DNA of 64,000 bases from an uncultured Dehalococcoidia bacterium (GTDB taxonomy: Bacteria > Chloroflexota > Dehalococcoidia > Dehalococcoidales > UBA1222), in contig CAIMVG010000009.1 in the NCBI GenBank assembly GCA_903844845.1, forward strand, positions 8,204 to 72,203. The letters are read 5' to 3'. The position numbers were made by a program, and so were the translations under genes. The notes beneath the pieces are model-generated. The model ran no database searches. It had not been told where the DNA came from and saw nothing but the letters and a program-made list of their open reading frames with translations. Below are positions 39,856-54,343 of the stretch, one piece after another. Within the stretch, counting starts at the first letter, position 1. Every line of letters starts with the position of its first letter.

Positions 39856-42800
39856 GTGTCTTTGGAACTAGCAATTTTCCCCGTCGGAACTAGAGAACCT
39901 GTACCCCACAATTCTTACGCCCATATCCCTTCCGTGGTCGAAGTTCCCAACCTTATCGATCTCCAGTTAGCCTCTTTCCAGTGGCTGCAGGAGGACGGCA
40001 TCAAGCAATTGTTAGAGGAACTCTCACCCATAAAGGATTTCACCGGCAACCGTCTGGAGCTCAGTTTTGTTGATTACGAGTTCAGAGAACCCCGTCTGTC
40101 CGAACAGGAGTGTACAAACCGTGATCAGACCTATTCTATTACCCTGTATGTAAAGGCCCGACTGCTGGTAAAGGGCACGGGCGAAATTAAGGAACCATTT
40201 GACCTATTCTTCGGCGATATGCCCATGATGACAGCCCAGGGCACTTATATAACAAGCGGCACGGAGCGTGTTATAGTCAGCCAACTGCTGCGCTCCCCCG
40301 GCGTTTATTTTACTGTGGCCGAAGATGCCGTCAGCGGCCGTCGTATGTGCAATGCCAACCTTATCCCCAGCCGGGGTGCCTGGCTGGATTTTGAGACGAG
40401 CACCCGCGACGTCATTTCCGTCAAGATCGACGGCAAGCGCAAGATCCCGATAACCACCCTTCTACGCGCTATTGGATTCGCGTCCGACAGCGACCTGCTC
40501 AAGATGTTCTCGGGAGAGGACAACGATCCAGACCATCAGTTCATCAAGTCCACCATGGACCGTGATCCTTCTATTCATGACGAGAATACCGCGTTAATGG
40601 ATATCTACCGCAAGGTACGCCCGGGTGACCCCCCGAACCTTGAGAATGCCAAGAAACTGCTTCAGAATATGTTCTTCAACCCTGAGCATTATGACCTGGG
40701 TTTGGTGGGGCGTTACAAGCTTAACCGCAGGCTGGGATTGCAACCACAGGCCGAAGGCGAAGGCCGAGCCCTCACCCGCGAGGACATGGCAGAGATAGTC
40801 CGCCATATCCTTATGGTTAATAACGGTCAGGACCACCATGATGATATAGACCATCTTGGTAACCGCCGTATCCGAACCGTAGGCGAACTGATTCAAAACC
40901 AGTTCCGCCTTGGCCTTATGAGACTGGAGAGGGTTGCCCGTGAACGTATGAGCATCCTTTCCGCAGAGGCGCTAACCCCCGGGGCTCTGGTAAACATCCG
41001 CCCCGTGGTATCCGCCGTACGCGAATTCTTCGGCGGATCCCAACTCTCACAATTCATGGACCAGACCAATCCACTGGCCGAACTCACTCATAAACGCCGC
41101 CTTTCGGCCATGGGCCCTGGTGGTCTTTCCCGCGAACGCGCCGGATTTGATGTCCGCGATGTCCATTTTTCACATTACGGCCGCATTTGCCCCATCGAGA
41201 CGCCCGAAGGCCCAAACATCGGTCTTATCGGATCCCTGGCAACTTATGGTCGCATCAACCGTTATGGTTTCATCGAAACCCCCTATCGTAAGGTCAAGAC
41301 AGAACTTGACACTCACAGCGCCGAGATGGTAGGACGCAAGCCCCTAGAGGACGTAAAAGACAGCAAAGGCAAGATCCTGCTTGAAGCCGGCGTAGAAGTT
41401 ACCAAAGAGATGCTTGCCAAACTGGCGAAGCAGTCGGCACACTCAATAAAAATCACCCCTTTTGTGTCGCTCGAATCAGAATACATGCAGGCTGATACCG
41501 AAGATAAATTGGTAGTTGGTCAGGCTAACGCCAAATTGAATGCACTTGGCGAGTTCACCGAAGAGCACGTTGAAGCCCGTTTCGCAGACCAGTACCTGTT
41601 CATGCCTCCCGCGAAGATTGAGTATATGGACGTATCCCCGAAACAGATATTCAGCGTCGCCGCGTCGCTCATCCCCTTTTTGGAGCACGACGATGCCAAC
41701 CGCGCACTGATGGGTGCGAACATGCAGCGCCAGGGTGTTCCCCTGGTGCTGCCTGAAGCGCCTCTTGTGGCCACCGGGATGGAAACCGAGGCTGCCAAAT
41801 ACAGTGGGCAGGTGCTTTTCAGCAAAGCTGACGGAGCCATCACTTCTGTGACCAGTTCCGAGATTGTCGTTACCACGCCCGACGGGCGCAGCGAGACCTA
41901 TCCCTTGAAGAAGTTCGTGCGCACTAACCAGGGGACGTGCATCAACCAACGGCCGATGGTGAGCAAGGGAGACCATGTCTCTGCCGGGCAGGTTCTGGCC
42001 GATAGTTCAGCCACCGAGCGCGGAGAACTAGCCCTGGGTCAGAATGTTGTTGCTGCCTTCATGAGCTGGAACGGTTATAACTACGAAGACGCTATTATCG
42101 TTAGCGACCGGCTGATTGAACGGGACAAATTCACCTCGATCCATATCTCCAAACATGAAGTAGAAGCCCGCGATACAAAGTTAGGGCCTGAAGAAATAAC
42201 CCGCGACATACCCAACGTGGGCGAAGAAAACCTGCGTGAGCTGGACGAATTCGGAATTATCAGGGTTGGCGCCGAGGTCGAACCCGGCGATATCCTGGTC
42301 GGTAAAATCACACCCAAGGGCGAAACCGAACTTTCTGCGGAAGAAAAATTACTTCGAGCCATTTTCGGCGAAAAGGCTCGTGAGGTAAAGGATACTTCAC
42401 TGAGGGTACCCCACGGTGAGTCCGGAAAGGTCATCAACGTTCGGATTTTCTCACGCGATGATGGCGACGAACTACCTGTCCGTGTGAATAAATGGGTACA
42501 GGTCTGGGTTGCCCAGAAACGCAAGATTTCAGTTGGCGACAAGCTGGCCGGGCGCCATGGAAACAAGGGCGTTATCTCTATCATCTGCCCTGTAGAGGAC
42601 ATGCCTTACCTTCCCGACGGCACACCGGTGGATGTTGTGCTAAATCCTATCGGAGTACCTTCCAGAATGAACCTGGGGCAGATCCTTGAAACTCACCTTG
42701 GCTGGGTAGGCCAGATGCTGGGTTTTAAAGCAGTGACCCCAGTATTCGACGGTGCCACCGATGTTGATATCGAAGATGGGCTTGCCCGTGTCTGGATGGC

Positions 42801-43598
42801 CCAGCAGGCCAAAGCCCTTTCCATTGACCCTGATAATCAGCATTCTTCTTTCGATCTCGCGAAAACTAAGTCCTGGATAAAAGGGCGTGGCTATGACGCG
42901 GAAAAAGCTTTCGATAGGGAGCACCGAGGAGAGGGGCGGCTGATATGCCTGAAGCTCTGGCTCGAGGATCAGGGAGTCGCCAGTCATAAACTAGGAGTAA
43001 AAGAAGTTGAGAAGCAGGTACGCCAGCTCGCCGAGGAACGGAACCTTCCTTCACCTATCGGTGGAAAAGTACAACTTCGCGACGGCCGGACCGGGGAGTT
43101 GTTCGACCAGCCCGTGACCGTAGGCAATATATACATAATGAAACTGATCCACCTTGTGGAAGACAAGGTCCATGCTCGCGCCACCGGTCCCTATTCGCTG
43201 ATTTCACAACAGCCTCTGGGGGGCAAGGCCCAGTTCGGAGGACAACGCTTCGGCGAAATGGAAGTCTGGTCCCTAGAAGCCTATGGGGCCGCTCATAACC
43301 TCCAGGAGATGCTGACGACCAAGTCTGACGACGTTACCGGCCGGTCCAAGACCTATGAAGCCATCGTGAAGGGCGACGACATCATGCCTCCCGGTGTACC
43401 TGAATCCTTCAAGGTACTTGTGAAAGAGCTTCAAAGCCTCGGCCTTTCTGTCGAGGTCTTGAATGAGGAAGAAAAAGCTGTTTCTGCCGATAAGGTAAAA
43501 GAAGCTGGAGACACCGACAGGGAAATGCCTGTGCTGGGAACTGCCGCGTCGCTCATGGTTGATGACACCGCGGAAGCTAACGAGGGAGAAGTAAAATA

Positions 43599-43599
<1 letters not shown>
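39856..43599 (+). CDS. rpoB: DNA-directed RNA polymerase beta subunit
   Basis: [46 protein letters not shown]; start may be the TTG at 39862. Confidence 0.99.
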
Positions 43600-47537
<3,938 letters not shown>

Positions 47538-47552
47538 TATCACGGAAAAAAT

Positions 47553-47589
47553 AAAAAAAGGGAAAGGCCCTTGGGCCTTTCCCTTTTTT
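47553..47589. terminator. Bidirectional intrinsic terminator after rpoC
   Basis: aaaaaagggaaaggccc/gggcctttccctttttt. Confidence 0.85.
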
Positions 47590-47606
47590 GTTTCTCGAAA
47601 AGACAG

Positions 47607-48023
47607 CTAAAATAACAACCTGCCACTGTTGGCGGAAACAGAGACTGCTGAAGATGTGGTGGTTGTGGTGAGAGCAAATATCAAAAAAATGATTATTAGG
47701 CATATATAGATAACTAAGGCCATTGATCCGCCTATCAAACCCGCCGTCGCCATACCCCTACCTTCGAGAGTTGGCTCTTTTTTAATGTGATTCAGGGAAA
47801 CTGCGCCCATGACTATAGCCGGGATCGAACAAACAACAAAAGGGGGCAGAAAACTCACGATTCCAAGGACCATCGACACAATCGCGAGTCCGTCTATCTT
47901 GCGGGCTGGTCCTATAGGCACTCCGGGCTGAACGGACGGATTTTGACCGGTCAGACTACTGCCGCACTTGTTGCAGAACGAACTGCTTTCAGGATTTTGA
48001 GCCTCGCAGTTATTACAATACAT
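47607..48023 (-). CDS. Zinc-ribbon + DUF4190 membrane protein
   Basis: YCNNC...FCNKCG; LAIVSMVLGI...GRGMATAGLI. Confidence 0.85.
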   Translation of the reverse strand: MYCNNCEAQNPESSSFCNKCGSSLTGQNPSVQPGVPIGPARKIDGLAIVSMVLGIVSFLPPFVVCSIPAIVMGAVSLNHIKKEPTLEGRGMATAGLIGGSMALVIYICLIIIFLIFALTTTTTSSAVSVSANSGRLLF

Positions 48024-48232
48024 CGTCAATTTTCTCCAAAGGAACGCCTAGCATAGCTACTTTAGTTTATCGAACATAAAACGTCAATGGAATGCGATGT
48101 TTAACGACAATAATATCATTTTACTAGATAGGAGATATTAAAGCTGGACTTTTTTAAGCATGCCAGACTCCAATCAGTGCAAAACAACAAATCAAAATCA
48201 TGGAAATTGATGTGCTATAATAGCCTCAAAAT

Positions 48233-49273
48233 TTGGGTAAGGAGCACGCTATAGCCCGTATCATCACCGGTAAGCCGCTCGCCGAGGACATTTCGTTGGA
48301 TTCCAACCTGCGCCCTAGGAGTTTGTCCGAGTTCATCGGGCAGGCAAAAATCAAAGAGAACCTGGGCATATCCATCGCGGCCGCCCGGGCGCGTGGTGAA
48401 GCCTTGGATCATGTACTGCTTTACGGCCCCCCAGGTCTTGGGAAAACGACACTAGCGAATATCATCGCAGTGGAGATGGGTGTTAGCATCCGCATCACCT
48501 CCGGTCCGGCGATCGAACGCAGCGGTGACTTGGCGGCAATCCTGACTAACCTTCATGCGCAGGATATACTTTTTATCGACGAGATCCACCGGCTTGGCCG
48601 CGACGTTGAAGAAGTACTTTACCCTGCCATGGAAGAACGAGCGCTAGACATTGTTATCGGCAAGGGGCCCACGGCGAAAAGTCTGCGCCTCAAGCTCCCC
48701 GCTTTTACACTCATCGGGGCGACCACGCGTTTTGCGTCACTCAGCGCTCCCCTGAGGGACAGATTCGGCTCCGTTTACCGCATGGATTATTACGACGTGC
48801 ATTCCATGGAAGCTATAGTAAAACGTTCCGCACACCTTCTAGGCGTAAAGGCTGAGGATACAGGGTTACACGAGATAGCCTGCCGCTCCCGGGGGACACC
48901 AAGAGTGGCGAACCGATTGTTAAAAAGGGTTCGCGATTACACCCAGGTGAAAGCCGATGGCGAGATCACACACGATATAGCACTCACGGCCTTGGGACGT
49001 CTGGAAGTCGACCCCATCGGATTGGACGAGATAGACCACAGACTGTTACGAAGCATCATCGAGAAGTTTAACGGAGGGCCTGTTGGACTGGAAACTATCG
49101 CAGCTTCGATAAGCGAGGAAGCCGACACAATAATGGATGTTTACGAGCCATATCTACTGCAACTCGGGTTTCTCGACCGTACCCCGCGGGGCAGGCAGGT
49201 AACGCCGCTGGCATACAAGCACCTCGGTTTGGCATACAACAAAGACAAGAATGTCCAACCTGGGTTGTTGTGA
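48233..49273 (+). CDS. ruvB: Holliday junction branch migration helicase RuvB
   Basis: [39 protein letters not shown]; start uncertain (TTG 48233 or ATA 48251). Confidence 0.97.
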   Translation: MGKEHAIARIITGKPLAEDISLDSNLRPRSLSEFIGQAKIKENLGISIAAARARGEALDHVLLYGPPGLGKTTLANIIAVEMGVSIRITSGPAIERSGDLAAILTNLHAQDILFIDEIHRLGRDVEEVLYPAMEERALDIVIGKGPTAKSLRLKLPAFTLIGATTRFASLSAPLRDRFGSVYRMDYYDVHSMEAIVKRSAHLLGVKAEDTGLHEIACRSRGTPRVANRLLKRVRDYTQVKADGEITHDIALTALGRLEVDPIGLDEIDHRLLRSIIEKFNGGPVGLETIAASISEEADTIMDVYEPYLLQLGFLDRTPRGRQVTPLAYKHLGLAYNKDKNVQPGLL

Positions 49274-49833
49274 GCCTGGTGCCTGATTCCGTCCTCGTCC
49301 ACACCTGCTGTGCGCATTGCAGCGCATATACAGTAGCATACTGGCGCACACTGGGCTACAGTGTTACGGGGTTCTGGTACAATCCAAATATCCACCCCTT
49401 CACTGAACATAACCTGCGTCTTGAAGCTGTTAAAAAACTGTCTGAGACGATGGATTTCCCGTTGAAAGTTGAAGAAGGGTATGATTTCAGGGAATATTTT
49501 CGAATGGTAGCCTGGCGTGAGGATTCCCGATGCGCTCCCTGTTTCGAATTACGGCTGGGGAAAACGTCCCGAAAAGCCAGGGAACTTGGCATCGGTTCGT
49601 TTACCTCGAGCCTGCTAATCAGCCCCCATCAAAATCATGAGTTGGCCAGGAATACAGGAGTGAAGGCTGCGGCCGAAAACGGTGTGGGTTTTCTTTACGC
49701 TGATCTGCGGAAGCGATATTCGGACAGCCGTCACATAACCAAGCCGATGGAACTTTATCGGCAACAGTATTGCGGTTGCATATACAGCGAATTCGAACGA
49801 TATTCAGCGACCGAACAAGGATCGAAGGCGTAG
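49270..49833 (+). CDS. queH: Epoxyqueuosine reductase QueH (DUF208)
   Basis: [31 protein letters not shown]. Confidence 0.9.
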   Translation: MSLVPDSVLVHTCCAHCSAYTVAYWRTLGYSVTGFWYNPNIHPFTEHNLRLEAVKKLSETMDFPLKVEEGYDFREYFRMVAWREDSRCAPCFELRLGKTSRKARELGIGSFTSSLLISPHQNHELARNTGVKAAAENGVGFLYADLRKRYSDSRHITKPMELYRQQYCGCIYSEFERYSATEQGSKA

Positions 49834-49839
49834 ACGTAA

Positions 49840-50463
49840 ATGTGCCACTCCGAACACAGCGGCGACAGCCTTCACGACCGGAATCCCGGCACAATCGGTT
49901 ACCGCGTACGCAAGATGTTGTGGGATGATGTCGAGCAGGTTCGAGGCATTGATCTCTTCTGCTTTCCGACCATGCTTCCACCTACCAATTACAAGACAGA
50001 GTTTATCAACCCGATGGCCCATTACCTCGTGGCTTACACGGGCCCCTCCTATGATACAGTTGCCGACACAGAAAACCCGAAAACATTAATACTTGGATTC
50101 ATAGGACTTTGGTATCTAGCAGGCGAGATCCACGTTATTAACTTGGCGGTCCATCCTGACTTCAGGAGTATAGGTGTGGGAGAACTGCTTCTGATAAGAG
50201 GCATCGAGGTGGCAATACGACTACGGGCTATACTGGTAACTCTGGAGGTTCGGGTTTCAAACATCGAAGCCAAGGCGCTTTATTCGAAATACGGCTTTTC
50301 AGAAAGGGGTATCCGCCGGGCATATTACCTGGATAACCGCGAAGATGCAGCGATAATGACGCTCGAACAAATGGAATCGCCAGCCTACATTAAAAAGTTG
50401 CAACAACTCTACCGGACTTGGTCGGAAAAAACCGGGATTTCTTCTGAAACGAACGAAGATTAG
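49840..50463 (+). CDS. rimI: RimI-like GNAT N-acetyltransferase
   Basis: EIHVINLAVHPDFR..GVG, TLEVRVSN..A..LY, RRAYYLDNREDA. Confidence 0.85.
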   Translation: MCHSEHSGDSLHDRNPGTIGYRVRKMLWDDVEQVRGIDLFCFPTMLPPTNYKTEFINPMAHYLVAYTGPSYDTVADTENPKTLILGFIGLWYLAGEIHVINLAVHPDFRSIGVGELLLIRGIEVAIRLRAILVTLEVRVSNIEAKALYSKYGFSERGIRRAYYLDNREDAAIMTLEQMESPAYIKKLQQLYRTWSEKTGISSETNED

Positions 50464-50645
50464 GTCATATCGGAAGAAAGCTTGCCACCCTCGGCCCAGT
50501 TAAACTTGGGGTTGTCTTTGAGGATGATAGTAACTTTCTCTTTGGGCGTCCCAAGCTTCACGAAGGCATCTGTGATACCTTCAATCAAAATCCTTTTCTG
50601 GTCGGTGGAACGCCCCAACCACATCTCAACTGTAACGATAGGCAT
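50460..50645 (-). CDS. 4-oxalocrotonate tautomerase family protein
   Basis: N-terminal Pro (MPIVTV), GRSTDQK, NWAEGG. Confidence 0.88.
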   Translation of the reverse strand: MPIVTVEMWLGRSTDQKRILIEGITDAFVKLGTPKEKVTIILKDNPKFNWAEGGKLSSDMT

Positions 50646-50672
50646 AATTGCTCCTGAATGCGGTTTTCAGAG

Positions 50673-50900
50673 TTAGTCCGCTCCACCCTTCATTCTGTCG
50701 CGTTGTTTCTTCAGTTCACGTTGTCGCTCGAATTCTTCCTGGCTCATAGGAGTGCAGCTTTTAACTGCGTTGCTGTCCATAACCAGCAGAAAATTCTCGT
50801 GGCATTTCCAGCAGCGATAAGGTCCCTCATATCTGGAATCCAGAAGAGACATCTGGCCGTCAACATTACATTTCGGACAGGTAATTTTGACCATGCTCAT
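50673..50900 (-). CDS. Small CxxC...CxxC zinc/iron-ribbon protein
   Basis: ITCPKC...YRCWKC; GGAGG RBS 8-9 nt upstream of ATG 50900. Confidence 0.75.
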   Translation of the reverse strand: MSMVKITCPKCNVDGQMSLLDSRYEGPYRCWKCHENFLLVMDSNAVKSCTPMSQEEFERQRELKKQRDRMKGGAD

Positions 50901-50978
50901 TGGCTGGGCCCCCTCCACATTTTCTCGTTCCCGGCATATATCTATTACCGGAACCTTTAAGTTTTCAAATAGACTACT

Positions 50979-51662
50979 CTAGTTTGTTTTTTTTAGCAAG
51001 AGACATATATTGCGTGAAAAAGAGCGCATGGGGCAACTATAACGGCTTTCTGGGAAGGATTTCATGACTTCGAAACCCGTTTGCCGCGCCATGTGTTTTA
51101 ACTCTCCGAAAGTGAAGAGATAATAGTAGCGCTCCACGATTTCCTTTCCCACCTTGAAAGGAACAATGACCTCTTTGGACTTCATCAGGAAACGCGGTTG
51201 GCACTTGTTCCAGACGGTGACGAAAGCTTCGGCGCCGGGTTTGAGTACCCGTTTCAATTCAGACAATGCTTTCATCTGATCCTCGTGCCCCTTGAGATGG
51301 TGCAGCGAAGCGACTGAAACCGCAAAATCAAAACTGTCTGAACCAAACGGCAGGCGCCGCATGTCCGCTTGGATAAAGCGTGCCGAGAAACCATGCTTTT
51401 TTGAGAATTTATCGGCTAGCTTGAGCATACCGGCAGAATAGTCTACCCCTACCATTTCGAAACCTTCTTTGAAAGGCAAGAAATCCGCTCCGTGACCACA
51501 CCCAAGGTTAAGGAGTTTGCCTTTTTGCCAACGCGAGGCCAGTTCTTCGAGTTCTGTTTTAAAAATTGTGTAGTGGCGGAAGTTGTACCAGGCGGGCGCG
51601 ATGGCGTCGAATGTGGAGGAAGGGGATTCCGGGTTGTCTTTTGATTTACTCATATCACCCAT
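50979..51662 (-). CDS. Class I SAM methyltransferase, Trm9/ALKBH8-MT-like
   Basis: FDAIAPAWYNFR, NLGCGHG, FDFAVSVASLHHL, VLKPG..VTVW, VPF...RYYYLF..GEL. Confidence 0.75.
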   Translation of the reverse strand: MGDMSKSKDNPESPSSTFDAIAPAWYNFRHYTIFKTELEELASRWQKGKLLNLGCGHGADFLPFKEGFEMVGVDYSAGMLKLADKFSKKHGFSARFIQADMRRLPFGSDSFDFAVSVASLHHLKGHEDQMKALSELKRVLKPGAEAFVTVWNKCQPRFLMKSKEVIVPFKVGKEIVERYYYLFTFGELKHMARQTGFEVMKSFPESRYSCPMRSFSRNICLLLKKTN

Positions 51663-51741
51663 CGGAGGCAGCCTGAATTTAACGCAACCGGTTTGTAGCT
51701 ATTTTCCTAAACTGATAGACTTACAAGAAGGTATATATTAC

Positions 51742-53130
51742 ATGAGAAAATTATCGCGCACAATATCAGGTGTGACCCCTGTGGCGGTGATGGCCAAAGC
51801 CTGCGGCTGCCCGGGACATTGCATATATTGTCCCACCTATAGTGCTACTCCGCAGAGTTATACTCCGGAATCGCCTTCAGTAATACGCGCGAGAGCCTGC
51901 GATTATGATGCCTACCGGCAGGTTGACCGGCGCATATTCGTCCTTTCCGATATGGGTCATCCGACCGACAAAATCGAAATAATAGTCATGGGGGGCACAT
52001 TTTTAGCCACCTCAGTCGATTATCAATACCAGTTTATCAAGGATTGTTATGATGCTGTCAACGGTACACCTTCTTCCTCACTGGCCGAAGCGCAAAAGAT
52101 AAATGAGACCGCTGCGCGACGTTGCGTGGGGCTCTGTATCGAAACACGGCCTGATGTTTGCGGCGAAGTCGAAGTAGCACGCATGGTTGATTTTGGCACC
52201 ACGCGTGTTGAGCTTGGCGTACAGGTTTTGGATGACCGTATATACGAAGAGGTGAGAAGGGGGCATTCGGTGGCCGATGTGGTGCGCGCCACTGCTATCC
52301 TCAAGCGCGCCGGTTTGAAGGTCCATTATCATATGATGCAGGGGCTCCCTGGTTCTACTGCTGAACACGACCTGGAAATGTCGCGTGAACTTTACGAAAA
52401 CTCCGATTACAGGCCGGATGGCCTCAAGATATACCCGACAATGGTCGTCGAGGGAACTGTGCTTGAACAATGGTTCAAACAGGGTAAATACCGCCCTTAC
52501 CCGGCCGACGTCATGATAAATCTGATGGCCGAGATTAAGGCGATAGTACCCCCATACGTGAGGATATCACGCGTCCTGAGGGACATACCGCCCCAATATA
52601 TCGTGGGCGGGCTCAAGGAGTCGGTTCGTTCCACCGTCAAAGAAGTGATGAGTGCCAACGGAACTGCCTGCCGCTGCATCCGTTGCCGGGAATATGGGCA
52701 CCGCCTGAAAGCAGGCTGGAAGCCCGAGGAACCAAAGCTTTTAAGACTGGATTATGAGGCCTCGGGGGGGCATGAGATATTCCTGTCTTTCGAAGATGAA
52801 AACAGGATACTTTTCGGGCTTTTGCGCCTGAGGATTGAAGAACATGCGATCCAGCCGCCGGGCTTCGTTTCGCCTTTGGCTTTCGTGAGAGAATTGCACG
52901 TGTATGGCGGGGAATTGGCATTGGGGGAACGTGTGGAAAAGGCGGCGCAGCATCACGGATTTGGAAAAGCGCTACTGGCAGAAGCTGAAAGGATTTCTTC
53001 AGAAGAGTTTGGGGCGGGTTCAATTGCGATACTTAGTGGTGTCGGGGCGAGGCGGTACTATTCCGACCAGGGTTACCGGTTAGAGTTTGGTTATATGATA
53101 AAGGATTTGCGCCTAGGTCGTCCCATCTAG
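51742..53130 (+). CDS. elp3: Elongator Elp3-like radical SAM/KAT tRNA U34 carboxymethyltransferase
   Basis: SGVTPVAVM, CPGHCIYCP, PQSY, MGGTF, ETRPD, ELGVQ, CRCIRCRE, VRELHVYG, QHHGFG, SGVGARRYY. Confidence 0.95.
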   Translation: MRKLSRTISGVTPVAVMAKACGCPGHCIYCPTYSATPQSYTPESPSVIRARACDYDAYRQVDRRIFVLSDMGHPTDKIEIIVMGGTFLATSVDYQYQFIKDCYDAVNGTPSSSLAEAQKINETAARRCVGLCIETRPDVCGEVEVARMVDFGTTRVELGVQVLDDRIYEEVRRGHSVADVVRATAILKRAGLKVHYHMMQGLPGSTAEHDLEMSRELYENSDYRPDGLKIYPTMVVEGTVLEQWFKQGKYRPYPADVMINLMAEIKAIVPPYVRISRVLRDIPPQYIVGGLKESVRSTVKEVMSANGTACRCIRCREYGHRLKAGWKPEEPKLLRLDYEASGGHEIFLSFEDENRILFGLLRLRIEEHAIQPPGFVSPLAFVRELHVYGGELALGERVEKAAQHHGFGKALLAEAERISSEEFGAGSIAILSGVGARRYYSDQGYRLEFGYMIKDLRLGRPI

Positions 53131-53768
53131 CCTGACCGGGTTACCTGTTTATAGATAATATACGAATAAATCAATGTCACAAAGGTCACCGTTAAAATTG
53201 GCAACATAATGAATATGATGGCGTACTTCGGCCATATTGCTCCCAGGGACGACAACACACCGGCTGCAATGAATAACTTGCCCCCCAAGGAATGTGTTCT
53301 ATTCCAGACTTCGTCGTTCGCCAGCGTCCATGGGGTGCGTATGCCAATCATGTAATTCCGTTTGGCATTCCTTATCATGATGCCGATATAAATGAACAGT
53401 ATCCCCATTGCTGGCATCAGTGCCTGGGTGAAATCGAATACAACGTTCTTGTTCCATAGGATTGTCAAAATATAAAGGTATTCGAAAAACAAGAGAAAAA
53501 GAACGATGAACCAGTCAAAGTAAAGGCGGAATTTCGCTATGTTGGCCTTGAGAGGGTCGATTACAGGGATAGCCAGAAAAAGCGCCGTCAATGTAGTGGC
53601 GATGAACGGCAACAGGAACAAACCTAAAAATCTCGAAGTGTACCCATTGACTGCTCCAGATGAATCCCAGTGAGAGGCCATGCGAGCCGGCATCTGCTGG
53701 TAAAAGACTAAAGCGGTAACATAAAACGAAAGCAGAAGGACAAGGCTTATCCATTTGCTAGCTTTCAA
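53127..53768 (-). CDS. SdpI/YhfL family membrane protein (DUF1648 N-terminus)
   Basis: MPARMASHW...NGY, NYMIGIRTPWTL...W..TH..GG. Confidence 0.88.
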   Translation of the reverse strand: MKASKWISLVLLLSFYVTALVFYQQMPARMASHWDSSGAVNGYTSRFLGLFLLPFIATTLTALFLAIPVIDPLKANIAKFRLYFDWFIVLFLLFFEYLYILTILWNKNVVFDFTQALMPAMGILFIYIGIMIRNAKRNYMIGIRTPWTLANDEVWNRTHSLGGKLFIAAGVLSSLGAIWPKYAIIFIMLPILTVTFVTLIYSYIIYKQVTRSG

Positions 53769-53807
53769 AGCGGCCTCCGTTTCTTGATATTTATATTTCT
53801 TTAGAGA

Positions 53808-54326
53808 TCAGGTTATCTTGTTGATTGCGTTTTGAAATTCGGACAGGTTAGAAAACGCACCGAGCTTGACGTACTGGATCGTGCCGGTTCTGGAGATAAA
53901 AAAGGTCATCGGAATACCCGATACCCCGTAATTCAGCGCAGCCGACGAACCATTTAGAAGCACTGTGAAATCATAGATATTGGACTGCATAAAAGTTTTT
54001 AGAACCTGCGCTGTTTCGCCGGTATCAAGGGTCAGAAGAACCACCCCATCAGCTTTCGGCGCTTCCCGGGTGTATATTTGCTGAATTAGAGGAGACTCCT
54101 CTACGCAGTAATGTCAGGTAGTAGACCAGAAGTGCACTATCACCGGCCTGCCGAGGAAACCGGATAACGAAACGGTGTTGCCAACTAGGTCTTTAAGGAC
54201 GAAATCCTGGGCGAGATTGCCTACCCGGTTTCCATAAGCGGTGCTCGAACCTGTCGCCTGGCAGCCAGGAACAATACTGAGCAATATGATACCAGCGAAA
54301 AATATGACCCAGAATTTCTTTAACAT
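53808..54326 (-). CDS. TlpA/redoxin-family lipoprotein, predicted selenoprotein (UxxC; UGA at 54114-54116)
   Basis: Two track ORFs join in frame: PVIVHFWSTT-UGA-HYCVEESP; lipobox VPGC; cis-Pro GIPMTFFI; hairpin 10 nt after the UGA. Confidence 0.85.
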
Positions 54327-54343
54327 AAACAGTATCTCTCTCG

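Noticed and set aside
51583-51741. N-terminal extension of Elp3 in the ORF track (similar extensions at 11944, 6898, 55105, 32254, 54617)
   Set aside because: These overlap neighbouring genes or promoters; downstream starts match family N-termini and/or RBSs
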